Positions 18,136 to 26,717 of a stretch of 64,000 nt of DNA are shown here, one piece after another. The stretch spans positions 5,499 to 69,498 of the IMG/VR virus record IMGVR_UViG_3300026116_000004. The stretch is one strand, 5' to 3'. This stretch comes from a virus. The position numbers and the translations under genes are program-made. How positions within the stretch are numbered: position 1 is the stretch's first letter; the number at the start of each line of letters is the position of its first letter. Below the pieces are notes generated by a model that saw only the letters and a program-made list of their open reading frames with translations, was not told the DNA's origin and did no database searches.

Positions 18136-18230
18136 AACTGTTATTCCTTCCATTTTGGTTTAGCTTTGTCATGAAACGAAAAAGACGCAAAGAGACAAAG
18201 CATAAGCCTTGCGCCCATCGCGTTCCATAA

Positions 18231-18252
18231 CTTATTCGATTGTCAAACAACA
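18231..18252 (-). promoter_or_regulatory. rrn-type boxA antitermination element (copy 2)
   Basis: TGTTGTTTGACAATCGAATAAG; no -10 element at 17 nt from the embedded TTGACA. Confidence 0.6.
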
Positions 18253-18254
18253 CA

Positions 18255-18570
18255 CATTGGACCGTGTTGCGCATTAAGCAATCGATGCAAACCTTGCTCT
18301 AGGATTTTGGACATACCTAGAGTGTACTCCAAAAACGGTTTCCCGTTTGGAGAATAGGTTTGACGCCACTAGCGCCGGACCCTACCCCGCAAATGCGGTA
18401 CCTTGTCACCTCGAAAGGCGGTTGCGGGAAACCCTATGGCTTGGCACCTACAGGCACGAAGCGCGGCGGATCGGCCGCAGACAAGGCAAAAAGCCCATTC
18501 CGGACATATGCTCACAGATTGTTCCGCCTGGAAAGTCACTTAGTGTTTCACTATGTAACAATCCGTGATC
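18255..18570 (-). ncRNA. Large multi-stem structured RNA / 5' leader
   Basis: About 10 nested stems; G-U pairs and UUCG/GAAA tetraloops on the minus strand. Confidence 0.65.
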
Positions 18571-18594
18571 CTTGTGTGTCTCATATATTGAGTA

Positions 18595-18609
18595 GAACAA
18601 ATAGAGAAC
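18595..18609 (-). promoter_or_regulatory. Alphaproteobacterial LexA (SOS) box
   Basis: GAAC-AAATAGA-GAAC on plus = GTTC-N7-GTTC on minus. Confidence 0.7.
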
Positions 18610-18813
18610 GTATTCCAGGGGAGATTGGAGCTAGGCAATGGGGTTAGATAGGGTCTATTCAGCCCGTAGAGCGCGCTACAGTCGTTTCTCCCATTGATAG
18701 GGTATCACACACTCACTTTTGAGAACGCAACTGTAGGACCCCTACAAAGGCGATTTAAGAGCTATCACTAAACGTCAATGGATAGGAATATTTTCCTAAA
18801 AAGAATAACGCAA

Positions 18814-18849
18814 ATAGCTCCAAGAGCTTTTTAGGTCCCTTGGAGCTAT
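18814..18849 (-). terminator. Hairpin, probable terminator
   Basis: ATAGCTCCAAG/CTTGGAGCTAT 11-bp inverted repeat just after the stop of 18859..19074. Confidence 0.55.
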
Positions 18850-18858
18850 CTTTAAGTG

Positions 18859-19074
18859 TTATCTGTTATAAGCCTTGATTATTCGCTGTATAACCGTGTC
18901 ATCGTCACTAGGACTAGTACACATTATTGACTGTGATTTAGGATTATCACGCTTATCAGCGATTTGAGCCGCTCTAACCGTGTCTTTATCCCATGACCCA
19001 CAATCAAAACACCAAATCCTACCAGTTCGCACAAGCAAGAAATGGTATTGATTGAAAGCTAGATTGTTTCTCAT
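18859..19074 (-). CDS. Hypothetical early protein
   Basis: ATGA overlap. Confidence 0.6.
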   Translation of the reverse strand: MRNNLAFNQYHFLLVRTGRIWCFDCGSWDKDTVRAAQIADKRDNPKSQSIMCTSPSDDDTVIQRIIKAYNR

Positions 19075-19301
19075 TTGCCTGCTTGCTTTCTCGTTTGTTG
19101 ATACAACGCGTCGTTTGCTAGTCTACAAAAGTAACTTTGGTTAAGTTGGAAGTATTCAAAGTTAATGATGTTCCAAACTGCCCTTTCTTCTAGAATGCCA
19201 CCATAACGCGAGGCATTACGGAAGATTTCCGTAGCAACATCACTAGTTTGATTTCCAGCTAACCATGAATTACGAATGTATTTCACCATATCGTTACGCA
19301 T
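19071..19301 (-). CDS. Hypothetical early protein
   Basis: GGAAGGA RBS before MRNDM. Confidence 0.65.
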   Translation of the reverse strand: MRNDMVKYIRNSWLAGNQTSDVATEIFRNASRYGGILEERAVWNIINFEYFQLNQSYFCRLANDALYQQTRKQAGK

Positions 19302-19436
19302 AGTCTTTCCTTCCATTTTGACGTTTCACAAGAAAACACTCTGTTTTTGAGAGTGAATGCCTGTCATTCACAAGAGTTTAACAAAGCCGCCTGCTATTCT
19401 GGTTTCTAGATTAAATCATTAGTCGCTTATCAGCAA

Positions 19437-19676
19437 CTAAATCGGTTGTGTTAGTTCAATGACAAATAGACTGTCATCCATTACATACTCAATGCACCTA
19501 GTTTGATTGTCAGTTAAAGCATTGATAAGGTTTTCTACATTGGCAAATACTGGCATTTGCTTATGTGGATTGTCATGCTGTGACATATAGAAAAGTGATT
19601 GCTCTATATCACCTTCCTTTTTAGGTAGCTTACGTATCTTGATACTCTTGAAGATAGCTTTATTGACGAAAACCAT
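19437..19676 (-). CDS. Hypothetical early protein
   Basis: TAATG coupling. Confidence 0.6.
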   Translation of the reverse strand: MVFVNKAIFKSIKIRKLPKKEGDIEQSLFYMSQHDNPHKQMPVFANVENLINALTDNQTRCIEYVMDDSLFVIELTQPI

Positions 19677-19912
19677 TATCTTACAAATGCCTCCTTTACA
19701 GTCTCAAACCATGCTCTAGCACGTTCTGGACTATCAAAGTTTAGATCATGCAAGATTACTTCCTTGGTTTTCAACTTGATTATGTATCTAACCATGTTGA
19801 TTGCATGTCCTTTTACATAACCTTTAGTTTCTTCAGGCAGTGTTATTAGTTCAATCTGCAAATTCACATTAGGAATATTGCAGACATCACCATATTTGTT
19901 CTTACGTGGCAT
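19676..19912 (-). CDS. Hypothetical early protein
   Basis: GAGGG RBS. Confidence 0.65.
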   Translation of the reverse strand: MPRKNKYGDVCNIPNVNLQIELITLPEETKGYVKGHAINMVRYIIKLKTKEVILHDLNFDSPERARAWFETVKEAFVR

Positions 19913-20405
19913 TAGTTTTCCCTCTTGCGTTGTAGCAAGCGACTTAACTAAACTCTTGTGTGTTCCTACTAGCTAATAAAACCGCTCGCATGAGCGTTGG
20001 ATTTCAGATTAAACTGATTATCAGCCAGTAGATTAGGGCTGATATGATTATCCCTAAGATAATCCCTTGGATGTTATTCAGTTGCATTAGATTTCACCTC
20101 TCAAAGCCGCTAATGCAGCTTCCTTTGCCGCCTTAGACGCTATTTCTTTCACGATTGCTTTGATTGCCGTTTGGATTTGCTTATCCATTGTTCAATCCTC
20201 CTTTGGAGCAAAGAACATGAATGCAAGAAACACAACTGCTACCATTGGAACTGGAAAGCAGAAGATTAGCAGTTCAAGGTATTGGTACATTGCTAGTCCC
20301 TCTTGTTTGAATGCCTCTAGAGCGATCTAGAGAGCCCATACAAGCGGTTTAACTAGCCAGTAGGAAATCCCAAGAGTTAATAAAACCGCTTGAATGAGCG
20401 ATTGA

Positions 20406-20576
20406 TTATTTATTGTCGTAACGAGTTGCTGCGATACGTTCTAGCTCTAGTGTCTCTTGATAAGACAAACGTTCTAAAGCGTCTAAGGCTTGCTTGTGTT
20501 CCTTAAGGTCTGCCCATCCTTTCTTGTACAAACGGCGAGCGATTTCTTCGATAGAAAGCTTGATTGGCTTAGACAT
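20406..20576 (-). CDS. Small hypothetical protein (56 aa, below track cutoff)
   Basis: MSKPIKLSIEEIARRLYKK...; manual translation. Confidence 0.5.
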   Translation of the reverse strand: MSKPIKLSIEEIARRLYKKGWADLKEHKQALDALERLSYQETLELERIAATRYDNK

Positions 20577-20597
20577 GGTTAGCTACTTTTGTGTTGA

Positions 20598-20780
20598 TTA
20601 GAAGTTATAAGGCTTGAAACCGCTATCTTTGCAGATTTGGTTTGCCTCTTTCTTTCCAGATACAGCAATCTTTTGAGCGTTGTTGAATTCATCACCATTG
20701 CAAGGCTTAGGGCAGATAGTAAGCACATAGCCTTGTTTGGTCTTATTCAGATACGCGACTGCGATATGAGTTGATTGCAT
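20598..20780 (-). CDS. Hypothetical protein, first gene of the leftward early operon
   Basis: AGGAG RBS. Confidence 0.65.
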   Translation of the reverse strand: MQSTHIAVAYLNKTKQGYVLTICPKPCNGDEFNNAQKIAVSGKKEANQICKDSGFKPYNF

Positions 20781-20894
20781 TTGGATAGCTCCTGATTAGG
20801 TCACAGAAGCTCACACAAGCGGTTTGACTAACCCTTGGGATAGATCATGCCAAACACAACGAAAGACGCTCTAGGGCGCTTCGCTGTGAGTGGT

Positions 20895-20915
20895 CTTATT
20901 CAGTTGTCAAAGAGC
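20895..20915 (-). promoter_or_regulatory. rrn-type boxA antitermination element (copy 1)
   Basis: GCTCTTTGACAACTGAATAAG; compare E. coli boxA TGCTCTTTAACA. Confidence 0.75.
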
Positions 20916-20947
20916 GGGCTGATGTCCCTGGAAAGCACAGGTGAGCC

Positions 20948-20974
20948 ATAGTAGAACAAAAGTAGACCATACAA
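20948..20974 (-). promoter_or_regulatory. Early promoter with overlapping LexA-like box
   Basis: TTGTAT-GGTC-TACTTTT-GTTC-TACTAT: GGTC-N7-GTTC immediately before a -10-like TACTAT. Confidence 0.55.
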
Positions 20975-21060
20975 ATGTGGCAACAATAAGGCATGTCAAG
21001 CCGCTCGTTTCACTCGCTCGTCACGCTCTTCGAGCGCTCCAGCCCCTAAATCGTACAACC

Positions 21061-21088
21061 AGTATGATAACATGATTAAACCAGTCAA
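21061..21088 (-). promoter_or_regulatory. Possible leftward sigma70 promoter
   Basis: TTGACT-16 nt-CATACT. Confidence 0.45.
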
Positions 21089-21199
21089 GATAAGAAATAA
21101 CCATAAGAGTACAAGCCGTGAGACGGCGCGCATAACCTACTAAATAACCAATATATACACGTAAGAACTGATTAATTTCGTACAAAATGCATTATTCTC

Positions 21200-21228
21200 T
21201 TGACAAACAATTACAATTGTAGTATAAT
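21200..21228 (+). promoter_or_regulatory. Consensus sigma70 promoter
   Basis: TTGACA (21200-21205), 17-nt spacer, TATAAT (21223-21228). Confidence 0.9.
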
Positions 21229-21861
21229 TAATGTATAGACTAAAGAAAACTATGAGCTATTCGAAGATCATGTTTCATACTATGGATTTGTTCTTCAGAT
21301 ATTGTTCTTATCAAGTGTACACATCGATAAGTACAAACTAGTAAGAACAATCAAGACTAAAGAGAACTAAACAACCTTAAGCTAGAACCTTATGGGAATA
21401 CTAAAGAGTAACTTATGTAGTTATAACTCTAGGAGTAATACAGTAATAACATGTAGCATTGTCTAGTGGATGAACTGACCATAAGTAGACAAACTAAAGT
21501 AGTCCCTAAGTGTAGGCGCTTAGAGCTCCCATTCTCCTCTAGTTTATTCTAGCTCATTTCTCTTCAAGAGAACACCTGGCCGCGCTCCTAATAACTCCTG
21601 GAGTATATCAAGTAGACTATATTTATACGTGTAGTTTATACTCTAATAGAGTAAGTAACGATAGAATTATATATTGGTTGTGATAAGTATAACGCCCAGT
21701 TATATTCACCTGTGGAGAAAGTATATTACCCCTGGTGAGCCACAGGTGCCAGGCCGGGGGGTACCCATATCGTATACGCCATTGGCATAATTTGGGTAAA
21801 AACGAGGTGTAAACTTTCACCTTAAGAAACAATATAGTTTTGAATAGAGGTTTAACAAATC

Positions 21862-22272
21862 ATGAAGAAAGAGCGTACTTTAACTGTTAATCAACAGGCG
21901 TTTCTTGATGCTCTTTTTGGGGAAGCTAAGGGCGACCCTACTCTTGCTAAGAAGCTCGCTGGTTATGCAGACAGTGTTAAGGTCTCAGAAATCACAAGAT
22001 CGTTGAAGCAAGAACTCGCAGAGTTAGCGCACGATAAGCTCTCCATTATGGCCACTAAGGCGGCTATCTCTCTAGTAGAATTACTGGATGACCCTAATCA
22101 GGCTGGCGCAGTCACCAAGATTAAAGTCATTCAAGATATCTTAAACCGTACTGGCGTACAATCTAAAAGCGACAGTATTGAGGTTAAGGTACCCCATGGT
22201 GGGTTGTTCATCATGCCAGCAAAGGAGATTAAAGATGCTGAAGCCACGAAGGACACTACTGAAGAGGAATAG
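21862..22272 (+). CDS. Terminase small subunit
   Basis: LT..QQAFLDALF...AKKLAGY HTH, DILNRTG; directly upstream of TerL. Confidence 0.8.
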   Translation: MKKERTLTVNQQAFLDALFGEAKGDPTLAKKLAGYADSVKVSEITRSLKQELAELAHDKLSIMATKAAISLVELLDDPNQAGAVTKIKVIQDILNRTGVQSKSDSIEVKVPHGGLFIMPAKEIKDAEATKDTTEEE

Positions 22273-22275
22273 TTT

Positions 22276-24216
22276 ATGGTTGATGAGACAACGAGGCTAG
22301 ACGATGAGTTACTGCAGAAGTATCCTGAACGTCCTAGACTCACGCGCATCCCGTACGGATATTGTAAGAAAGTAGGTGATCCTGATCTCCTCGTCCCTGA
22401 TCCGGTTGTGATCCCACTCCTAGAGTCAGCCTTAGATCAGTTAGACGCAGGTATCTCACTCCGGGTAGTTGTGGAGTGGTTGAATGCAGCTACCCCAGAC
22501 GGTGTAGAAATATCTCACCAAGGACTATCAAAGATCAGGCGTTACTATAGACCTGACTTTGTACGCAAACAAGTTAAACCAAAGACAGTACGTAAACTCA
22601 CTCACGCAGAGTTGCTTGAGAAGAGACGTAAACACAAGATCGCTCAAGAGAAGAAGCGATTAACTAATACTAAGAAACGCATTGCTAAGCACCAAGAAGA
22701 AATCGATATCATTCGTGGTAACGATAAAGATGTTAAGTCTGATACTTCGTTATTACTAGAGATCGACTATGGTGCAGAAGAGTTTAAAGAGATTGACCAA
22801 GAAGTTGAGGTTGTATTTAAACCTAACCCTGGTCCACAGACTGCTTTCTTCCAAGCTTCTGAAAGAGAAGTACTCTACGGAGGCGCGGCAGGTGGTGGTA
22901 AGTCTTATGCTCTTATTGCTGACCCTATGCGTTATTTTGATAACAAGCATTTTAGGGGGTTGATCCTTCGTCGTACGAATGATGAACTGCGTGAGCTTAT
23001 TTGGAAGTCACAAGAACTCTATAAGCAAATCTGGCCCAAGGCTGAATGGCGCGAGAAAGATAAAGAGTGGCGCTTTCCCTCTGGGGCTAGACTATGGATG
23101 ACTTATCTCGAAAGAGAAGAAGATGTTCTTCGTTACCAAGGTCAGGCTTTTACTTATATTGGTTTCGATGAACTAACACAGTATCCTACCCCTCACGCTT
23201 GGGATTACATGCGTTCTCGTCTCCGTGATGCTTCAGGTACTTTACCTTTATACATGAGAGCCACTTCTAACCCCGGTGGCCCAGGTCATGGTTGGGTAAA
23301 GAAGATGTTTATTGATCCCGCGCCTTATGGTAAAGCATTCGATGCTCGTAACCTAGAGACTAATGAAGTCTTATTGGTTCCAGAAGATGATGAAGACTTT
23401 CCTAGGGAGCGTTGGGGCAAGCCTCTATTCCAAAGGAGATTTATTCCTGCCAAGCTTTCAGACAACCCACATCTTGCCAAAGGTGGAGAATACAAATCTA
23501 ATCTTCTCTCTCTTAGGGAAGACTTACAAAGACAGTTGCTAGATGGCGACTGGGATGTGGCCGATGGGGCTGCTTTCTCAGAGTTTAGAGCCAAAATCCA
23601 CGTCGTGGAACCCTTTGAGATACCTACCAACTGGAAGAGATTCAGAAGCTGTGACTTTGGTTACAGCACAAGACAAGCCTCCGCAGTCCATTGGTTTGCT
23701 ATCCACCCCACCACTAATCAGCTAATCGTTTATAGAGAACTCTACGTTAACCAGAAGACTGGTAAAGAGTTAGCTAAAATGGTTCTCGACTTAGAGAAAC
23801 ACGAGACGATTATGTATGGCGTACTCGATAGCTCAGTTTGGTCCGTAAGAGGACAGACCGGCCCGAGTATTGCAGAAGAAATGATTAGGGCTGGTTGTAG
23901 ATGGCGTCCATCTGATCGTTCTCAAGGGTCGCGTATTGCTTCTAAGAATAGACTCCATGAACTCCTTCGCGTAGACCCATTTAATGGTTTACCGGGTATC
24001 GTATTTTTCAACACGTGTCGTCAGATCATCGCCGACCTCCCAATCATACCATCCGATAAGGACTCCGATGACATTGACCCCAAATACGCTACTGACCACG
24101 CTTATGACTCCATTCGTTATGGCATTCAGTCCAGACCTAAGGGTGGATATGATGGTCTTTCAATTAAACATGATAGCTCATCGTGGCGTCCAGCTCATTC
24201 GGCCTTTGGTTACTAA
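22276..24216 (+). CDS. Terminase large subunit with a ~175-aa N-terminal DNA-binding-like extension
   Basis: GGAAGGGKS Walker A, GFDE Walker B, ATSNPGG, DFG and DHAYDSIRY nuclease motifs. Confidence 0.95.
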   Translation: MVDETTRLDDELLQKYPERPRLTRIPYGYCKKVGDPDLLVPDPVVIPLLESALDQLDAGISLRVVVEWLNAATPDGVEISHQGLSKIRRYYRPDFVRKQVKPKTVRKLTHAELLEKRRKHKIAQEKKRLTNTKKRIAKHQEEIDIIRGNDKDVKSDTSLLLEIDYGAEEFKEIDQEVEVVFKPNPGPQTAFFQASEREVLYGGAAGGGKSYALIADPMRYFDNKHFRGLILRRTNDELRELIWKSQELYKQIWPKAEWREKDKEWRFPSGARLWMTYLEREEDVLRYQGQAFTYIGFDELTQYPTPHAWDYMRSRLRDASGTLPLYMRATSNPGGPGHGWVKKMFIDPAPYGKAFDARNLETNEVLLVPEDDEDFPRERWGKPLFQRRFIPAKLSDNPHLAKGGEYKSNLLSLREDLQRQLLDGDWDVADGAAFSEFRAKIHVVEPFEIPTNWKRFRSCDFGYSTRQASAVHWFAIHPTTNQLIVYRELYVNQKTGKELAKMVLDLEKHETIMYGVLDSSVWSVRGQTGPSIAEEMIRAGCRWRPSDRSQGSRIASKNRLHELLRVDPFNGLPGIVFFNTCRQIIADLPIIPSDKDSDDIDPKYATDHAYDSIRYGIQSRPKGGYDGLSIKHDSSSWRPAHSAFGY

Positions 24217-24227
24217 GGAAACTGTTA

Positions 24228-26405
24228 ATGGAAACAACTAAGACTACGACATCTAGTAAGTTCTGGTCACCTGAAAAGGGTGATGGGTTTATGTCGGTTG
24301 GCACATCTACTGAGATCACTGCAACCTCCGATGAAATTCTAGCCCTCAAGGATAGTAAAGCCGAAGACGATGCCCTTAAGTATCAAAGCTTAATATCGTT
24401 TGTAAAGGAACGCTACTCTAGATCGAAATCCAAAAGACTAACTGATGAACAGCGTTGGTTGTCAGCCTACAGAAACTTCAGAGGTATCTACGGACCAGAA
24501 GTTGCATTCACGGATACTGAGAAGTCTCAGGCATTCATTAAGATTACCAAGACTAAGGTACTCGCTGCATTTGCTCAGGTCGTAGATATTCTCTACTCTG
24601 GCTCTAAGTTTCCTATCGGTGTTGAGTCTTCTAAAGACCCCGAGGGTATTGCCAAAGATGTTCATCTTGATCCCAAAGAGCCTGATCCCAACGCACCTCC
24701 TGGTGGAGGACAAGGCGGCCCAAGTCCTGCTACGGGTAGCACGATAGCCCGGCCTGAGTTAAAGGCACAACTTGGTTTATTTCAGAAGAAGCTTGAACCA
24801 GTACAGGACAAATTAAAAGATGGTCCTGGTTTAACACCTACTTCGTTTACATGGTCCCCTGCGATTGAAGCTGCAAGGAAGATGGACCAGAAAATGCAAG
24901 ACCAACTTGCAGAAGCTAACGCAGATAAAAGCTTACGTAGTACTGCGTTTGAAATGTGCTTGTTTGGTACTGGTATCTTTAAGGGTCCACTTGCTAAAGA
25001 CAAAGAATACCCCAAGTGGTCAGACGACGGTACTTATACTCCGTTGATTAAGATGATCCCAGATATGGAATTCGTTTCCATTTGGGACTCATACCCTGAC
25101 CCAGATGCTACGAGCATGGCTGATTGCGAATACTTCATTCAGCGTCACAGAATGACTCGTACTCAACTTAGAGAACTAAAGAAACGTCCGTACTTCAGAG
25201 CTGAAGCAATTGAACAGGCCATCACAGATGGCTTCAATTATCAGGAAGAGTACTGGGAGAATACTATCAAGGATTATGTGTTACGCCAAGGTACAGAACG
25301 ATTTGAAGTTCTCGAATATTGGGGTAACGTTGATAAGTCCTTCGAGGAGATCACAGACCTTGACATCCCTAAGGACTACAAGGATCGTGACCAAGTACAA
25401 GTCAATATTTGGGTTTGTAATGGTAACGTTCTTCGAGTTGTGTTTAATCCTTTTACTCCCGCTCGCATTCCTTATCATAGTTGCCCTTACGAGCTAAACC
25501 CTTATTCGTTCTTCGGCGTTGGTGTCGCAGAGAATATGGAAGATACTCAGTTGCTCATGAATGGCTTTATGCGTATGGCTGTTGACAACGGTGTGCTCTC
25601 TGGAAATGTTATTCTTGAGATTAATGAAGACAACTTAGTACCCGGTCAAGATTACAAAATCTACCCAGGTAAGGTCTTCAGAACTCAGGGTCAGTTAGGT
25701 CAGTCGATCCATTCGGTTGATATTAAGTCTGTTTCTCAAGAACTCTCTATGCTTTTTGATAAAGCTCGACAGCTTGCAGATGAAGCTACTGGTATTCCTA
25801 GTTACTCTCACGGGCAAGGTGGTATTCAAGGTATTGGTCGTACCGCTTCAGGTATGCAGATGCTTATGGGTGCTGCAGCTCAGAATATTAAAGCAGTAGT
25901 CCGTAATATCGATGACTACCTATTAGTTCCCCTCGCAAGAGACCTTTTTGCCTTTAATATGCAATTCGAGTTCGATAAAGAATTTATCGGGGACCTTCAC
26001 GTTGTTGCTCTCGGTACTACTTCTCTCATGAGAAATGAAGTTCGTTCCCAGAAAGTTCTTCAGTTTCTTCAACTTACTAATAATCCTATCGATAATCCGT
26101 GGGTTAAGCGTGACTATCTCCTGCGTGAACTTGCAGAGTCTCTTGATCTTGAAGCAGACAAGTCAGTTAATGATCCTCGTGAAGCTGGTCTTCAGGCTGA
26201 GATCATGAAGCAGATGATGATTGCTCAGGGCATTGACCCTAATAAACAGCAAGGTTCACAGGCTAAAGCTCCTGGAAATGCCACCGGTCAAGGTGGTTCC
26301 CCTGTCCCCGGTGAACAAGGGTTCTCTGGGGGTGGTGGCGGTGCCAACTCTCCACCGCCTACGTCGAACCCCTCCCAGCCACCCGCTCAAGGTGGCGCTC
26401 AATAA
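24228..26405 (+). CDS. Portal protein
   Basis: Follows TerL; KITKTKV, FGTG, G.GVAE, RTASGM segments; AAGGA RBS before METTK. Confidence 0.9.
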   Translation: METTKTTTSSKFWSPEKGDGFMSVGTSTEITATSDEILALKDSKAEDDALKYQSLISFVKERYSRSKSKRLTDEQRWLSAYRNFRGIYGPEVAFTDTEKSQAFIKITKTKVLAAFAQVVDILYSGSKFPIGVESSKDPEGIAKDVHLDPKEPDPNAPPGGGQGGPSPATGSTIARPELKAQLGLFQKKLEPVQDKLKDGPGLTPTSFTWSPAIEAARKMDQKMQDQLAEANADKSLRSTAFEMCLFGTGIFKGPLAKDKEYPKWSDDGTYTPLIKMIPDMEFVSIWDSYPDPDATSMADCEYFIQRHRMTRTQLRELKKRPYFRAEAIEQAITDGFNYQEEYWENTIKDYVLRQGTERFEVLEYWGNVDKSFEEITDLDIPKDYKDRDQVQVNIWVCNGNVLRVVFNPFTPARIPYHSCPYELNPYSFFGVGVAENMEDTQLLMNGFMRMAVDNGVLSGNVILEINEDNLVPGQDYKIYPGKVFRTQGQLGQSIHSVDIKSVSQELSMLFDKARQLADEATGIPSYSHGQGGIQGIGRTASGMQMLMGAAAQNIKAVVRNIDDYLLVPLARDLFAFNMQFEFDKEFIGDLHVVALGTTSLMRNEVRSQKVLQFLQLTNNPIDNPWVKRDYLLRELAESLDLEADKSVNDPREAGLQAEIMKQMMIAQGIDPNKQQGSQAKAPGNATGQGGSPVPGEQGFSGGGGGANSPPPTSNPSQPPAQGGAQ

Positions 26406-26414
26406 GGAGGACTA

Positions 26415-26666
26415 ATGTTTAGAAAACGTAAACGTCGTTGTAGGAGAATTATCATTATGGTTCTTGACACTTCTGCCCTCGCTGCTGAGGTTGATCGTTT
26501 CGTTGCTGCTGTCGATAAGCTTGCAGAGGCATTGAATAATGCTGGTGCAGACGATGCAGCTAACCAGGCTGCCATTGATGCCCTTGCGGTTAAAATGAAG
26601 GCTGGTAACGATAAGGTTGACGAGCTGACTACTCCGCCTGCTCCTGTTGAAGAGCCGGTTGTTTAA
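26415..26666 (+). CDS. Hypothetical protein (two possible starts)
   Basis: AAGGAGG RBS before 26415; AGGAG before 26457. Confidence 0.7.
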   Translation: MFRKRKRRCRRIIIMVLDTSALAAEVDRFVAAVDKLAEALNNAGADDAANQAAIDALAVKMKAGNDKVDELTTPPAPVEEPVV

Positions 26667-26717
26667 TTAACTAAGGTCCTAGGGGTGTAAAAGCCCCTAG
26701 TGACTTAGAGGAACCAA

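Larger units (their letters stand above)
19935..20831. repeat. Dispersed ~65-bp imperfect palindromic intergenic element
   Basis: Copies at ~19935-19996 and ~20333-20400 (inverted relative to the first), partial at ~20810-20841; core CAAGCGGTTT...AAACCGCT. Confidence 0.75.

Noticed and set aside
18415-18450. Cobalamin riboswitch (AGGUGC...AUAGGG...CCCGCAAC on minus; phage has a B12-dependent RNR)
   Set aside because: Lacks the GGGAA-P4/P5 T-loop core and the ACUGU segment; resemblance is fragmentary
18347-18647. Two short plus-strand ORFs in the structured region
   Set aside because: No RBS, wrong strand for the region, and G-U asymmetry favours a minus-strand RNA
21623-21832. 69-aa minus-strand ORF upstream of terS
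   Set aside because: No RBS; overlaps the palindrome and candidate terminus region
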